Positions 34,962-42,898 of a DNA stretch of 64,000 nt are shown in pieces; within the stretch, counting starts at the first letter, position 1; the number at the start of each line of letters is the position of its first letter. The notes below the pieces were generated by a model that did no database searches, was not told the origin of the DNA, and saw only the letters and a program-made list of their open reading frames with translations. Location: positions 96,001-160,000 of IMG/VR virus record IMGVR_UViG_3300014208_000026; one strand, 5' to 3'. The stretch is from a virus (Duplodnaviria; Caudoviricetes). Made by a program: the position numbers and the translations under genes.

Positions 34962-35264
34962 ATGAAACTGTCTTTGTGCCCTTGGGAGAGTGTTCGTGTC
35001 AAGGTTTCTTTGACTGAAGTAGAGCTGCACGAGGCGGTCTTGGACTACGTGGAGAAGCTTCACGGTCTGCACAAGTTGTCTGAGGACTATGAACAGAATC
35101 TGGTGCTGACTCCCTGCATTGGCCAGGATGTTGGAGGCTTTGATTTCATCGTCAGTCCCTCTGACGAGACCGACGGTGAAAATGTCTACGAAGCTTCCTG
35201 GGATCATGGTTTGAATCCCCGCCGGAGTGGAAAGGATTCTTTGACCGAACGAGAAGCGGAATGA
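34962..35264 (+). CDS. Hypothetical acidic protein (100 aa)
   Basis: GAGG RBS; ATGA overlap with the next gene. Confidence 0.65.
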   Translation: MKLSLCPWESVRVKVSLTEVELHEAVLDYVEKLHGLHKLSEDYEQNLVLTPCIGQDVGGFDFIVSPSDETDGENVYEASWDHGLNPRRSGKDSLTEREAE

Positions 35265-35764
35265 ACAATCCCTTCGCTAGCCTTTCCGAGAAAGTACACG
35301 ACCTCGAAGTCAGGGCCTCGTACCTTGAGACGGTAGCTTCGGTGTTGGCCAATCAGGTGATCGCGCAGTATTCGCAGAGGCTCCGGTCGATGAAGCGTAT
35401 CGAGAATCTGGAGATAGAGTCCCGAGAGGTCTTATCTATTCTGGCCGATTTGATGTATGCGGTTAAGGGGCTGGGGCAGAAGCCTTGGCTGGTTACAATG
35501 CCTTCTTCGGTTCTGAAAAGGTTGCAGAAGGAACTTGATCTATATCCCGCGGACGGCGATGTGGTTGAAGGCTCTAGTAGGGGGAGCGCTTTTGCGGGCA
35601 TGGTGTGGGGCGTTTCGGTCTTCGAAATCTATATCGAGAGCGATCCGGTCATGGTCTGGGGAGACGGGAACCCGTATCACACTGAGCCGGTAGTGTACGG
35701 AGTCCAGTTGACGGATCCCGGTATTCCGGAAGTACGGATGGAGGGCTTAAAATGTACACCTTGA
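35261..35764 (+). CDS. Protein with an MCP A-domain-like segment (167 aa)
   Basis: SILADLMYAVK...LVTM...LQK...LDL...AGMVWGVSVF vs MCP AVLADAFALIE...RVFM...LRK...LDI...MATLWGAQII. Confidence 0.65.
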   Translation: MNNPFASLSEKVHDLEVRASYLETVASVLANQVIAQYSQRLRSMKRIENLEIESREVLSILADLMYAVKGLGQKPWLVTMPSSVLKRLQKELDLYPADGDVVEGSSRGSAFAGMVWGVSVFEIYIESDPVMVWGDGNPYHTEPVVYGVQLTDPGIPEVRMEGLKCTP

Positions 35765-35925
35765 AGTGGCTGATCGAAAAGTCTGGACAGGTGCAGAGAG
35801 GCACTCGTGACGGGAAATACGTTCCGGCCCGTCCGGTGGTTCATTTCTTCTTGAGCCGATTGCGGGATGCGTGGGAAGTGCTCAGAGGCAGGGCGGATGC
35901 TTTCACATGGCCTGACGGGCAGTAG
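35752..35925 (+). CDS. Small hypothetical protein (57 aa; not in the ORF track)
   Basis: GAGGG RBS, ATG 35752, TAG 35923; MYTLKWL...PARP...RLRDAWEVLRGRADAFTW. Confidence 0.6.
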   Translation: MYTLKWLIEKSGQVQRGTRDGKYVPARPVVHFFLSRLRDAWEVLRGRADAFTWPDGQ

Positions 35926-35941
35926 GGGGATATAAAAAACC

Positions 35942-36463
35942 ATGGACGACAAGCAGACCGCAGAATTTAAGGCCCTCTGGGAAGGGCCTGTCCCGTCCAT
36001 TCTTGATATTCTACAGAGGGTCGAAGATCTGGAAGCCAAGGTGAAGCACCTTGAGGACATTAATGGAGTTTTCCCCGAAGAACCAGAGGAAGTAGAGGGA
36101 CCAGAGGCACTTCTGACTGCGGATAGTCCTTGCCTTCAGCCGAACCAGTTCCTGCTCGACGCCTATCCTGCAATGGTAGAGAAGGCAGGCAAGATCCCTG
36201 TCGAAGACGATGCGGATTTAGAATCCGTCTTGGATCTGTTCTCCTCTATCGAGCGGCACCGGCAACGTACAGTTATTTTCACTTTGGGGCTGAGAGCTTG
36301 GTCTGCATTGGAGAGGTTTTTGCCTCGGTGGTTGAACTCTTTTGGTAAACTGTACGGGGCTCAGGTTCTCGTGTCTCCGGAGTTCGAAGAGGATTTGGTT
36401 CTGGTGTGGGGAGACGCGGAGGAGGTCCAGGACCGGATCGTCGTGGGCTGTAGGATGGCGTGA
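35942..36463 (+). CDS. Protein with a coiled coil and an MCP A-domain-like C-terminal half (173 aa)
   Basis: DLFSSIERHRQR...RAWSALERF and KLYGAQVLVS...LVLV align without gaps to MCP DAFALIEAHDLR...RDYSDLRKW and TLWGAQIIVS...TVYV. Confidence 0.75.
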   Translation: MDDKQTAEFKALWEGPVPSILDILQRVEDLEAKVKHLEDINGVFPEEPEEVEGPEALLTADSPCLQPNQFLLDAYPAMVEKAGKIPVEDDADLESVLDLFSSIERHRQRTVIFTLGLRAWSALERFLPRWLNSFGKLYGAQVLVSPEFEEDLVLVWGDAEEVQDRIVVGCRMA

Positions 36464-36466
36464 CTC

Positions 36467-36670
36467 ATGCCTATAACAGAAGAACGGAAGCTAGCAGTGG
36501 TAGAATCTCTGTTTATAGCTGAGTTAAACGGAGAAGACGTCCGTAAGAGGTTGTGGGACGTTCTCCGAGAGGTTTTCGGCAGTGAGGTGGATGAATTCAC
36601 TTTGGCACAGGCTGCCAAGGAAATGCACGCTAAGATCAGGGCCTCTGTAGACCGCCTACCGCCTCTATAA
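36467..36670 (+). CDS. Small helical hypothetical protein (67 aa)
   Basis: Coupled to the upstream gene; hydrophobic pattern of the N-terminus loosely like the MCP start. Confidence 0.6.
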   Translation: MPITEERKLAVVESLFIAELNGEDVRKRLWDVLREVFGSEVDEFTLAQAAKEMHAKIRASVDRLPPL

Positions 36671-36698
36671 GCGGGTGATTTCTGGTGGGGTCTAGTCC

Positions 36699-37304
36699 TT
36701 ATTCCTCTTCGTCCGGTTCTCCCTTCCGAGCGTAGAGAGCCCAGCTTCCGCCGTCAGAATTCACGTACCCGTCCCCATCGCAGCGAGTGCATTCGGGGTG
36801 GGGCTTGTCCGAAGAGTTGCCAGAGAACTCACAGTAGAACCGGCCACGCTGATGAGTCCCGATTGCCTCTGCGTCCAGGGCCACCTTACCCTCCGCAATC
36901 CAGGCCAGCACCTTCTCTGCCGGAATTGGCTCGCGAGGCTCGCCTGCCGCTCCCGTCCACCAGTCCAGGCGCCCGTGGCAGTTGCATTCCCTGTCGGTTT
37001 CTTCGAGACTGCCCTGGCGGACCAGTTCGTACGTGCTATCTCCGTCCTTGTATTCCTTTGGCCACTCGGTGGCGGGGAAGTGCCCGCTGTTCGGGGCGAA
37101 GGCATACACGGGACAGTCCAGGCCGTAGAATTCGTAACGGGCACTCCTGCCCTCTTCGACGATCCACGGCACGCTATCGGGGTCAGGGTCCGTCCAGACC
37201 ACGCAGGCGCAGTCCTTGAGCCCTTCAGGGGCGTCTTCGAAGGAGTAGCCTCCCCCGTCCAGGTCGTAGGCTTCGTTCAGGTGCTTGATGCGATCGTCGT
37301 CCAT
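36699..37304 (-). CDS. Hypothetical protein (201 aa) with Cys/His zinc-binding motifs
   Basis: ATG 37304 just after the upstream stop; CNCH and CTRCDGDG. Confidence 0.65.
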   Translation of the reverse strand: MDDDRIKHLNEAYDLDGGGYSFEDAPEGLKDCACVVWTDPDPDSVPWIVEEGRSARYEFYGLDCPVYAFAPNSGHFPATEWPKEYKDGDSTYELVRQGSLEETDRECNCHGRLDWWTGAAGEPREPIPAEKVLAWIAEGKVALDAEAIGTHQRGRFYCEFSGNSSDKPHPECTRCDGDGYVNSDGGSWALYARKGEPDEEE

Positions 37305-37306
37305 GA

Positions 37307-37495
37307 TTAGACCCCGCTTTCTCTGTTGAGGAGTTCCCAGTTGTCCTGGCCTTGCTTTTCGACGACGGCGTCCACTTTCCTGGCCCATTCGAGCATTTGG
37401 TTTTCCGCCTTTCCGTTGTCGTCGACGAAACCAAGTTCGTCTAGGGTTCCTTCTAGAAGGGTGACGTAGCGGATTCGGTAGACGGGCTGTTCCAT
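37307..37495 (-). CDS. Hypothetical protein (62 aa)
   Basis: GAGGAG RBS; operon packing. Confidence 0.65.
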   Translation of the reverse strand: MEQPVYRIRYVTLLEGTLDELGFVDDNGKAENQMLEWARKVDAVVEKQGQDNWELLNRESGV

Positions 37496-37502
37496 TTTCG
37501 AT

Positions 37503-38045
37503 TCACTCCTCGTTTATCGGGCAGTAGAGGGTTTCCAGGTCCCGCAGGCTTTTCAGAATATCGCGGGTTTCCTGTTCCACAGTCATTTCCTTTTGCCCAC
37601 TTTTGGCAGGTGTTTTGGATATCTTTACGACACGCCCCTCCTCCAGATGATCCGGAGCGTACCATGTTTCTCTCTCGTAGAAATAAGTGCATCTGTAGTG
37701 ACCTTCATCCCATTCCGATTTCGTGTAGGCAGGGCCCTCTCCTTTGCTGTTTGTTCCGTAGAGTTTTAGCTCTATGCGGTTTCCCTGTGCGTCGATCGCT
37801 ATATGGGTTGGCTTCCATTTGTTACGGATCGGTTTCACGACATACCCTGTATCGAAACGGAACCCCCGCAGGTACCACACGCCCTTTTCTCGGGCGTGTT
37901 CGCAGTCGTCGCAACCAGCGTCCCACTCGGGTTTCGTGTAGGCGGGGCCGTCGCCTCTGCTGTTCTGTTTGCACAGCATAATCTCGGTACGGTGGCCGTT
38001 GGGGGCAACCACGACGTGCGTTGCGACCCACTTTGGTTCTTCCAT
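37503..38045 (-). CDS. Protein with two copies of a WxxTH...YTKxEWD domain
   Basis: WVATH...GPAYTKPEWDAG...GVW and WKPTH...GPAYTKSEWDEG...TW. Confidence 0.8.
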   Translation of the reverse strand: MEEPKWVATHVVVAPNGHRTEIMLCKQNSRGDGPAYTKPEWDAGCDDCEHAREKGVWYLRGFRFDTGYVVKPIRNKWKPTHIAIDAQGNRIELKLYGTNSKGEGPAYTKSEWDEGHYRCTYFYERETWYAPDHLEEGRVVKISKTPAKSGQKEMTVEQETRDILKSLRDLETLYCPINEE

Positions 38046-38051
38046 GGTTCC

Positions 38052-38315
38052 CTACCTGTTTCCGGTGTTACCAAGCAGTCCGACGAGGTCTGCGTCTTCG
38101 ATGAGTTCCCTGATCTCGCCCATCGCGGGAACGTCAAGGGTTCCGCCCGGGAGCCCTTCGAGGGCTTCGAACTGTCGGGCCTGTTCGATCGTGTGCCCCA
38201 GCAGGTAACGCAGGTCGGTTTCCAGGTTTCTGGACGTCTGGACGACGGCGAAACGGGAAGCCCGAAGATTTGCTGAGATCCAGTCCCGCAAGATCTCGAT
38301 GCTGTCGGTCTGCAT
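38052..38315 (-). CDS. Small hypothetical protein, paralog of 38581
   Basis: MQTDSIEILRD...EGLPGGTLDVPA. Confidence 0.75.
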   Translation of the reverse strand: MQTDSIEILRDWISANLRASRFAVVQTSRNLETDLRYLLGHTIEQARQFEALEGLPGGTLDVPAMGEIRELIEDADLVGLLGNTGNR

Positions 38316-38317
38316 TC

Positions 38318-38581
38318 CTAATCCCCTTCGTTTTCGTAGGTGGCTCTTTCGGCGGCCCGTTCGTCCAGGTGCTCTTTGAGTTCCGTCAGGGCGGGGACAT
38401 CGAGGGTCCCTTCGGGGAGCCCTTCGTTGTACTCTAAACTGTGGACAGCCTGAGAGATTCGGTTGTACAGTCGGAGGAAGTCCCGATCAAAGTCTCCCGA
38501 GGAATCATTGATCCGATAGCGCCCGTCCCAAACGGCTTTGTCCAACAGGTCTTTCAGGATTTCGATGGTTCCGGTTTGCAT
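38318..38581 (-). CDS. Small hypothetical protein, paralog of 38315
   Basis: MQTGTIEILKD...EGLPEGTLDVPA. Confidence 0.75.
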   Translation of the reverse strand: MQTGTIEILKDLLDKAVWDGRYRINDSSGDFDRDFLRLYNRISQAVHSLEYNEGLPEGTLDVPALTELKEHLDERAAERATYENEGD

Positions 38582-38613
38582 TTTTATTCCCTACCCGCAG
38601 TGCTTACGTCCTA

Positions 38614-38651
38614 TGTATACACCAGAGCGGGGAGGAATGAAACTGAAATCG
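38614..38651 (-). promoter_or_regulatory. Putative early promoter GATTTCAG-TTTCAT-N17-TATACA
   Basis: One of six conserved copies. Confidence 0.75.
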
Positions 38652-38665
38652 TTTAGGCAGGAGGC

Positions 38666-39910
38666 TTAGTTCTTTGGAGTCTGAATAGAGAAGGAGGCCG
38701 CAGTCATCATTCGACGGGCGTAGTCCTGTACGAGCTGACGCATCTTGTCGAATCGGCAGTTTCCGATTCGGGCTTTGACGTGTTCCAGCGTTTGTTCGGA
38801 CAGATCGATGGACCTGCCTCGATAGAAGCTTTTGTCTACGAACATCCAGGCATAGCCAGAAGAAGTCTGGGCCCCGTTTGCCAGATTGAACAGTACGTGG
38901 GACACAGAGGTCATCAACTGGGCGTCGGTGAACTTTCCGTCCGCTACGTCCTCGATGATCTTTTTCATCTCTACGCAGGCGTCCTCTACGTTCTTGGGGT
39001 TGGTGGCTGCGTAGAGAACAGCCGTGCCGTTATCCCAGGAGCCCATCTCGAACATCGCGGTATCGTAGCACAGGCCCTTCTCTTCTCGAAGCCGAAGGAA
39101 CGCCAGGGAGTGCATTCCGCCGCCGATGAGATCCTGGGCAATATCATCGGCGTGGTGATTCAAACAGCTATCCTTGAAGGCGAGCCCTGGCATGAGGAGG
39201 GCTACATACGCCTGATCGGCTGCATGTTGGAAGAGGTGGGTTTTCGGGGAGGCCCACGTTCCGGTATCCGATTCGATTGTCGGAATGCTGTTTGGAGTGC
39301 CGGGTTCCAGGACGTATTGGTCCAGAACGATGGAGAGGTCGGGGTTTGCAGAGAGATCCCCGACCAGGGCTACAACTACGTTCTGTGCGGTGTAGTTGGC
39401 GGCCTTGTAGACTTTCAGGTCGTCCAGGGTCATATCGAGGATATCCTGGCGCTCACCGAGTGTTTCTCTGCCCAGGATAGGGCCGAAGTGGGCGGTCTCG
39501 GTCATGCCGAAGAAGTGGGAGGCGGGGTCATCCTCGAACCTCTGGCGTTCTTCCAGAATGACGTTCCGCTCTCGTTCGAATTCATCCTGGTCCAGGGAAG
39601 GCGTGAAGGCCATTTCGCAGAGGTAGCCGAGGGCTTCCAGGATCTTGTCGGGGGTAGTGTCGATGTAGAATGCGGTTCGGTCGTTGTCAGTGTAGGCGTT
39701 CGTGCTACCTATGGCCGCGATGAGGCGGTTCATCTCTTCATAGGATCTTTTCGCTGTCCCTTTGAAGATCATATGCTCCAGGAAGTGGGCCGTTCCCGAT
39801 CGCACGTCCTGGATGGAGCCTGAGTTGACGATGATGCGGACCGACACGACCGGTGTCGGCATATGATGCTTGATGACCCGGAACCGGCCGATTGTTTCTA
39901 CGACGGGCAT
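38666..39910 (-). CDS. M16-family (pitrilysin/insulinase) zinc peptidase
   Basis: GTAHFLEHMIFKGT (HxxEH); NAYT; ERNVILEE; C-terminal GGGMHSLAFLRLREEKGLCY. Confidence 0.93.
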   Translation of the reverse strand: MPVVETIGRFRVIKHHMPTPVVSVRIIVNSGSIQDVRSGTAHFLEHMIFKGTAKRSYEEMNRLIAAIGSTNAYTDNDRTAFYIDTTPDKILEALGYLCEMAFTPSLDQDEFERERNVILEERQRFEDDPASHFFGMTETAHFGPILGRETLGERQDILDMTLDDLKVYKAANYTAQNVVVALVGDLSANPDLSIVLDQYVLEPGTPNSIPTIESDTGTWASPKTHLFQHAADQAYVALLMPGLAFKDSCLNHHADDIAQDLIGGGMHSLAFLRLREEKGLCYDTAMFEMGSWDNGTAVLYAATNPKNVEDACVEMKKIIEDVADGKFTDAQLMTSVSHVLFNLANGAQTSSGYAWMFVDKSFYRGRSIDLSEQTLEHVKARIGNCRFDKMRQLVQDYARRMMTAASFSIQTPKN

Positions 39911-39943
39911 GGCAGGATTCCTTTTCCGAAGGTTATTGCTCCG

Positions 39944-39953
39944 CTACTATACC
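39944..39953 (-). promoter_or_regulatory. GGTATAGTAG promoter-like motif (minus strand)
   Basis: Exact motif upstream of the M16 gene. Confidence 0.55.
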
Positions 39954-40124
39954 CGAACGGAGGGATTCAGATTCGAGGGGAGTGGTTTCTCGTCAAAGGA
40001 GACGAGTTATGAGGGTGTTTCTGGTTTGTCTCGTCGTAGATTGCGAGTTAGCCTGTTTTCGGGAACCTTTTCTGGACGTATCTCGCAACGGTTGCGAGAT
40101 AGGTTGCTGGATAGATTGCGAGAT

Positions 40125-40640
40125 TCAGGCCAGGGCCCCGAGCAACAGGACCATGATCTCGTCGATCACGTCGGATTTAGCTCCAGGGCGGCCCTGACAG
40201 GTGGTCTTGACGAGTTTCTTGACGGCAGGGGTCTCATCCCTAAAGAGAATATAGACGTAGACCTCCCCCACCTTGGAAGCAGCGGCATTCGCGGGATCTA
40301 CGCGGGACAGGCTACCCGTTACTCCGACTGACACAGAGGCTCCGGTGCCCCTCATACCTACGGCGGCCATCTCTCGTGCTACCTCGAAGGAGTAGACAGA
40401 GTACTCCGCTATCTGTCTCTCCATGGTTCGTGCCCAAGCTCCTGTTTCGTCTACGGAGCGGGCCAGCCGGATTTTGGCCTCGTTGCAGTACACCACGAAC
40501 CCCTGTTTGAAGATCTCGCTGGCTCCAGGGATATCGGTGATTGCGTTCGCTAGTCCTCCACCGGTACAGGATTCGACCGTGGTGAGGGTGAGTTTCTTGG
40601 CGGCCAAGGTTTTGACAACCTCTTCAGCAAAATGGCTCAT
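40125..40640 (-). CDS. pncC: CinA C-terminal domain / NMN deamidase PncC-like
   Basis: TVESCTGG...ITDIPGASEIF...YCNEAKI...VAREMA.G...GVTG. Confidence 0.88.
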   Translation of the reverse strand: MSHFAEEVVKTLAAKKLTLTTVESCTGGGLANAITDIPGASEIFKQGFVVYCNEAKIRLARSVDETGAWARTMERQIAEYSVYSFEVAREMAAVGMRGTGASVSVGVTGSLSRVDPANAAASKVGEVYVYILFRDETPAVKKLVKTTCQGRPGAKSDVIDEIMVLLLGALA

Positions 40641-40972
40641 TCAGGAACCTCTGTGTGGGCGGTTACAACTTGCTTGAAGCCCTGGTCTGTCAGCACCTTG
40701 TCCCCAAGGAGTATTTCCGAGACGAGGACCCAGCGGGGGTCTTGGCGGCCTCTCATGGTGAGAATCCGCAAGTCCTCGTCAGGTCTTGTTTCCAGGATTT
40801 CTTCCATGGACGTGATTTTGACCATGAAGTCATATCCGGACGGGCGGATTTCATCTCCGATGTTGACGTTTTGGGCTTCTGCCCAGGCGGGGTAGTTGGC
40901 TCCCTTTTTACAAACCCAGAGCTTGAAATTCGGGGTGAGTTTCCACTGGTTGTTGAACAGGATAGGGTTCAT
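40637..40972 (-). CDS. Hypothetical protein (111 aa) with two Hint-like W-x5-IGD/LGD elements
   Basis: WAEAQNVNIGDEI and WVLVSEILLGDKV; 4-nt overlaps with both neighbours. Confidence 0.6.
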   Translation of the reverse strand: MNPILFNNQWKLTPNFKLWVCKKGANYPAWAEAQNVNIGDEIRPSGYDFMVKITSMEEILETRPDEDLRILTMRGRQDPRWVLVSEILLGDKVLTDQGFKQVVTAHTEVPE

Positions 40973-42891
40973 TCTTGGATCCTCCAATCTGCGAACAGTG
41001 CCTTTTCAGGGTCTTCATCATGGTCCTGGCCCGACTTGAAAGCCTTGCCGATCATGCGCAGCGCCTTGGCCTCGTCGGTTCCGATCGTGCGGTGCTCTTG
41101 GACCTTTAACTTCCACCACCGGACCAACCGCTCCGCCCGAGCCCGCTCCGGCTCGCTGTTTGGGTCAAGAGGATTCACGCCGTTCTGGGACAGGACCAGA
41201 TCGATGAACGGACGTTCCGCCTCGGTTTCCGTCTTCTTGAGCTGGTGCCAGTGGAACATCGGCTGGAAGAAGTCGACGTAGAACTCCCGCTGAGAGCGAT
41301 TCTTGAGGAGGTGCTCGATCACCCGCCAGGAGAGCAGATCGAAGGGCAACACCTCGCTGTCGTAAGCGCCGAAGGTGAGCCTGTTTTTTCGGTACTGCGG
41401 TTCCGGGTTGTATTTGAACGCAAAGTCAAACGTGTAGGGGTAACTTTTGAATCCCGATTCCAGGGTATGCAGGTCACCGCTGGAAGGCCAGCGGTCGATA
41501 CGCTTGTTTCCGGTCCGGCCATACAGAGGATGATGTCGATCAGAGGAATGTCGATAGTCAGGAGTACCGATCCAAAGTACGCGCTGACCTTCTCCCAGCT
41601 TGGACTGCAACCACTCGCGGTAGCTTTTCCAGGTGATGCTGTCCAGGGCGGATCCTGGCAGAATCTTGTTGCCTTCGTCGTTACGGACGAGACGGAAGTA
41701 GAGGTCGACGTGCTCAGGGTTGAAAACATCGATCTTGGGGCAGGGCAAGGGATGGAACACAGGGGACCGTTCCAGCAGGCCCTGCACGGCGATCAGTCCG
41801 CCGATATACTGCTTCAGTTGGTTCTCTGCATTCTTCTTGTCACTGCCCCAAACAGTCTTCTCCTGGTGCAGGAAATCAAACTCCTCGGTTTGCTGGAAGA
41901 AGCGGGGCCACAGTTTCACGTCCGTCCAGATTCGGTAGAGGCACTCGCCGTTTCTAATCAGGAGGTAGGTCTTCTTGTCCTCCTCCGCTTCCTGAGCCTT
42001 GAAGTAGCGTTCGGCGGGGTCCTCGTTATAGCCCCGATCCTTTTCCTTACGACGGATGCGGAGGGCTACGATCCCCTTCTGAGCAGGCAGAACTTGGTTC
42101 AAGTGGGCAGAGTCGGACGTGACCCACGAGTCGAAAGCTTCGATGGTCCTGTAGTCGAACTGGCCGATCTTCTCGGGGTTGTGAAGCCAGTCCCACAAGG
42201 CACACTCTTCGTCCATACAAAGCGTCTGCTGGTAAATCGTGATGGGCTCGGTCGCAGAGGCCGGAGTCCCTGTGGACAGTTGGAGGATCTCCTCGTGGGA
42301 CCCCAGGAACAGCTCGATGATCCAGATATTCTCTAATCGCTTCTTGACTTCGGCGTTGAGGACGGCGACCTGACTTTCCAATTCTCGCTTCTGGAGTTCC
42401 AGTTCCCCCTGCTTGCGGGCCAGCTCAAGCTGCTTGGCTTCGATCTCCGACCGCTTGGCCTGGGTGATTCCGGCCAGGGTCTGGTTTCTCACAGGAGCAA
42501 GGTCGGTAGAGCCACTCAGGGCTCGTTCGGTGGTCTGTTGGATGCTGTTCGGGAGCATCCCGATGCTGAAGTCTTCAGCCTCGTCTCCCTCGGGAGGGAT
42601 CTGGGCGATCTCTACGTGGCGTCCATCTACGATGACGGAGACGGGGATATAACCTCCCGGGAGGCTTTCGAGGTAGGTGTCTTCGAGGTAGCCCCTGGCA
42701 CTGAGAACTTGGGACTTCACCCTGTGGTCTTTGTCCGTGTATTGATGGGGGAACAAAACTCCGACACGGAACACACGGACAGCCTTGGCAAGGGAGTCAG
42801 CGGTGATGTGCTTGGGTTGCGTGGCCCCGCCATGGTAGGAGTCCAGCCCGAAGTAGTAAGCGGTCGATTTTCCGTCGTACTGGCACTTCAT
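40969..42891 (-). CDS. Large hypothetical protein (640 aa) with a central coiled coil
   Basis: ATG 42891 just after the HD gene stop; typical codon bias; no family recognised. Confidence 0.75.
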   Translation of the reverse strand: MKCQYDGKSTAYYFGLDSYHGGATQPKHITADSLAKAVRVFRVGVLFPHQYTDKDHRVKSQVLSARGYLEDTYLESLPGGYIPVSVIVDGRHVEIAQIPPEGDEAEDFSIGMLPNSIQQTTERALSGSTDLAPVRNQTLAGITQAKRSEIEAKQLELARKQGELELQKRELESQVAVLNAEVKKRLENIWIIELFLGSHEEILQLSTGTPASATEPITIYQQTLCMDEECALWDWLHNPEKIGQFDYRTIEAFDSWVTSDSAHLNQVLPAQKGIVALRIRRKEKDRGYNEDPAERYFKAQEAEEDKKTYLLIRNGECLYRIWTDVKLWPRFFQQTEEFDFLHQEKTVWGSDKKNAENQLKQYIGGLIAVQGLLERSPVFHPLPCPKIDVFNPEHVDLYFRLVRNDEGNKILPGSALDSITWKSYREWLQSKLGEGQRVLWIGTPDYRHSSDRHHPLYGRTGNKRIDRWPSSGDLHTLESGFKSYPYTFDFAFKYNPEPQYRKNRLTFGAYDSEVLPFDLLSWRVIEHLLKNRSQREFYVDFFQPMFHWHQLKKTETEAERPFIDLVLSQNGVNPLDPNSEPERARAERLVRWWKLKVQEHRTIGTDEAKALRMIGKAFKSGQDHDEDPEKALFADWRIQE

Positions 42892-42898
42892 TTTATTC

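Noticed and set aside
38780-42336. 347-aa and 363-aa plus-strand ORFs (also 44031, 60906, 62849)
   Set aside because: Antisense shadows of recognisable minus-strand genes.
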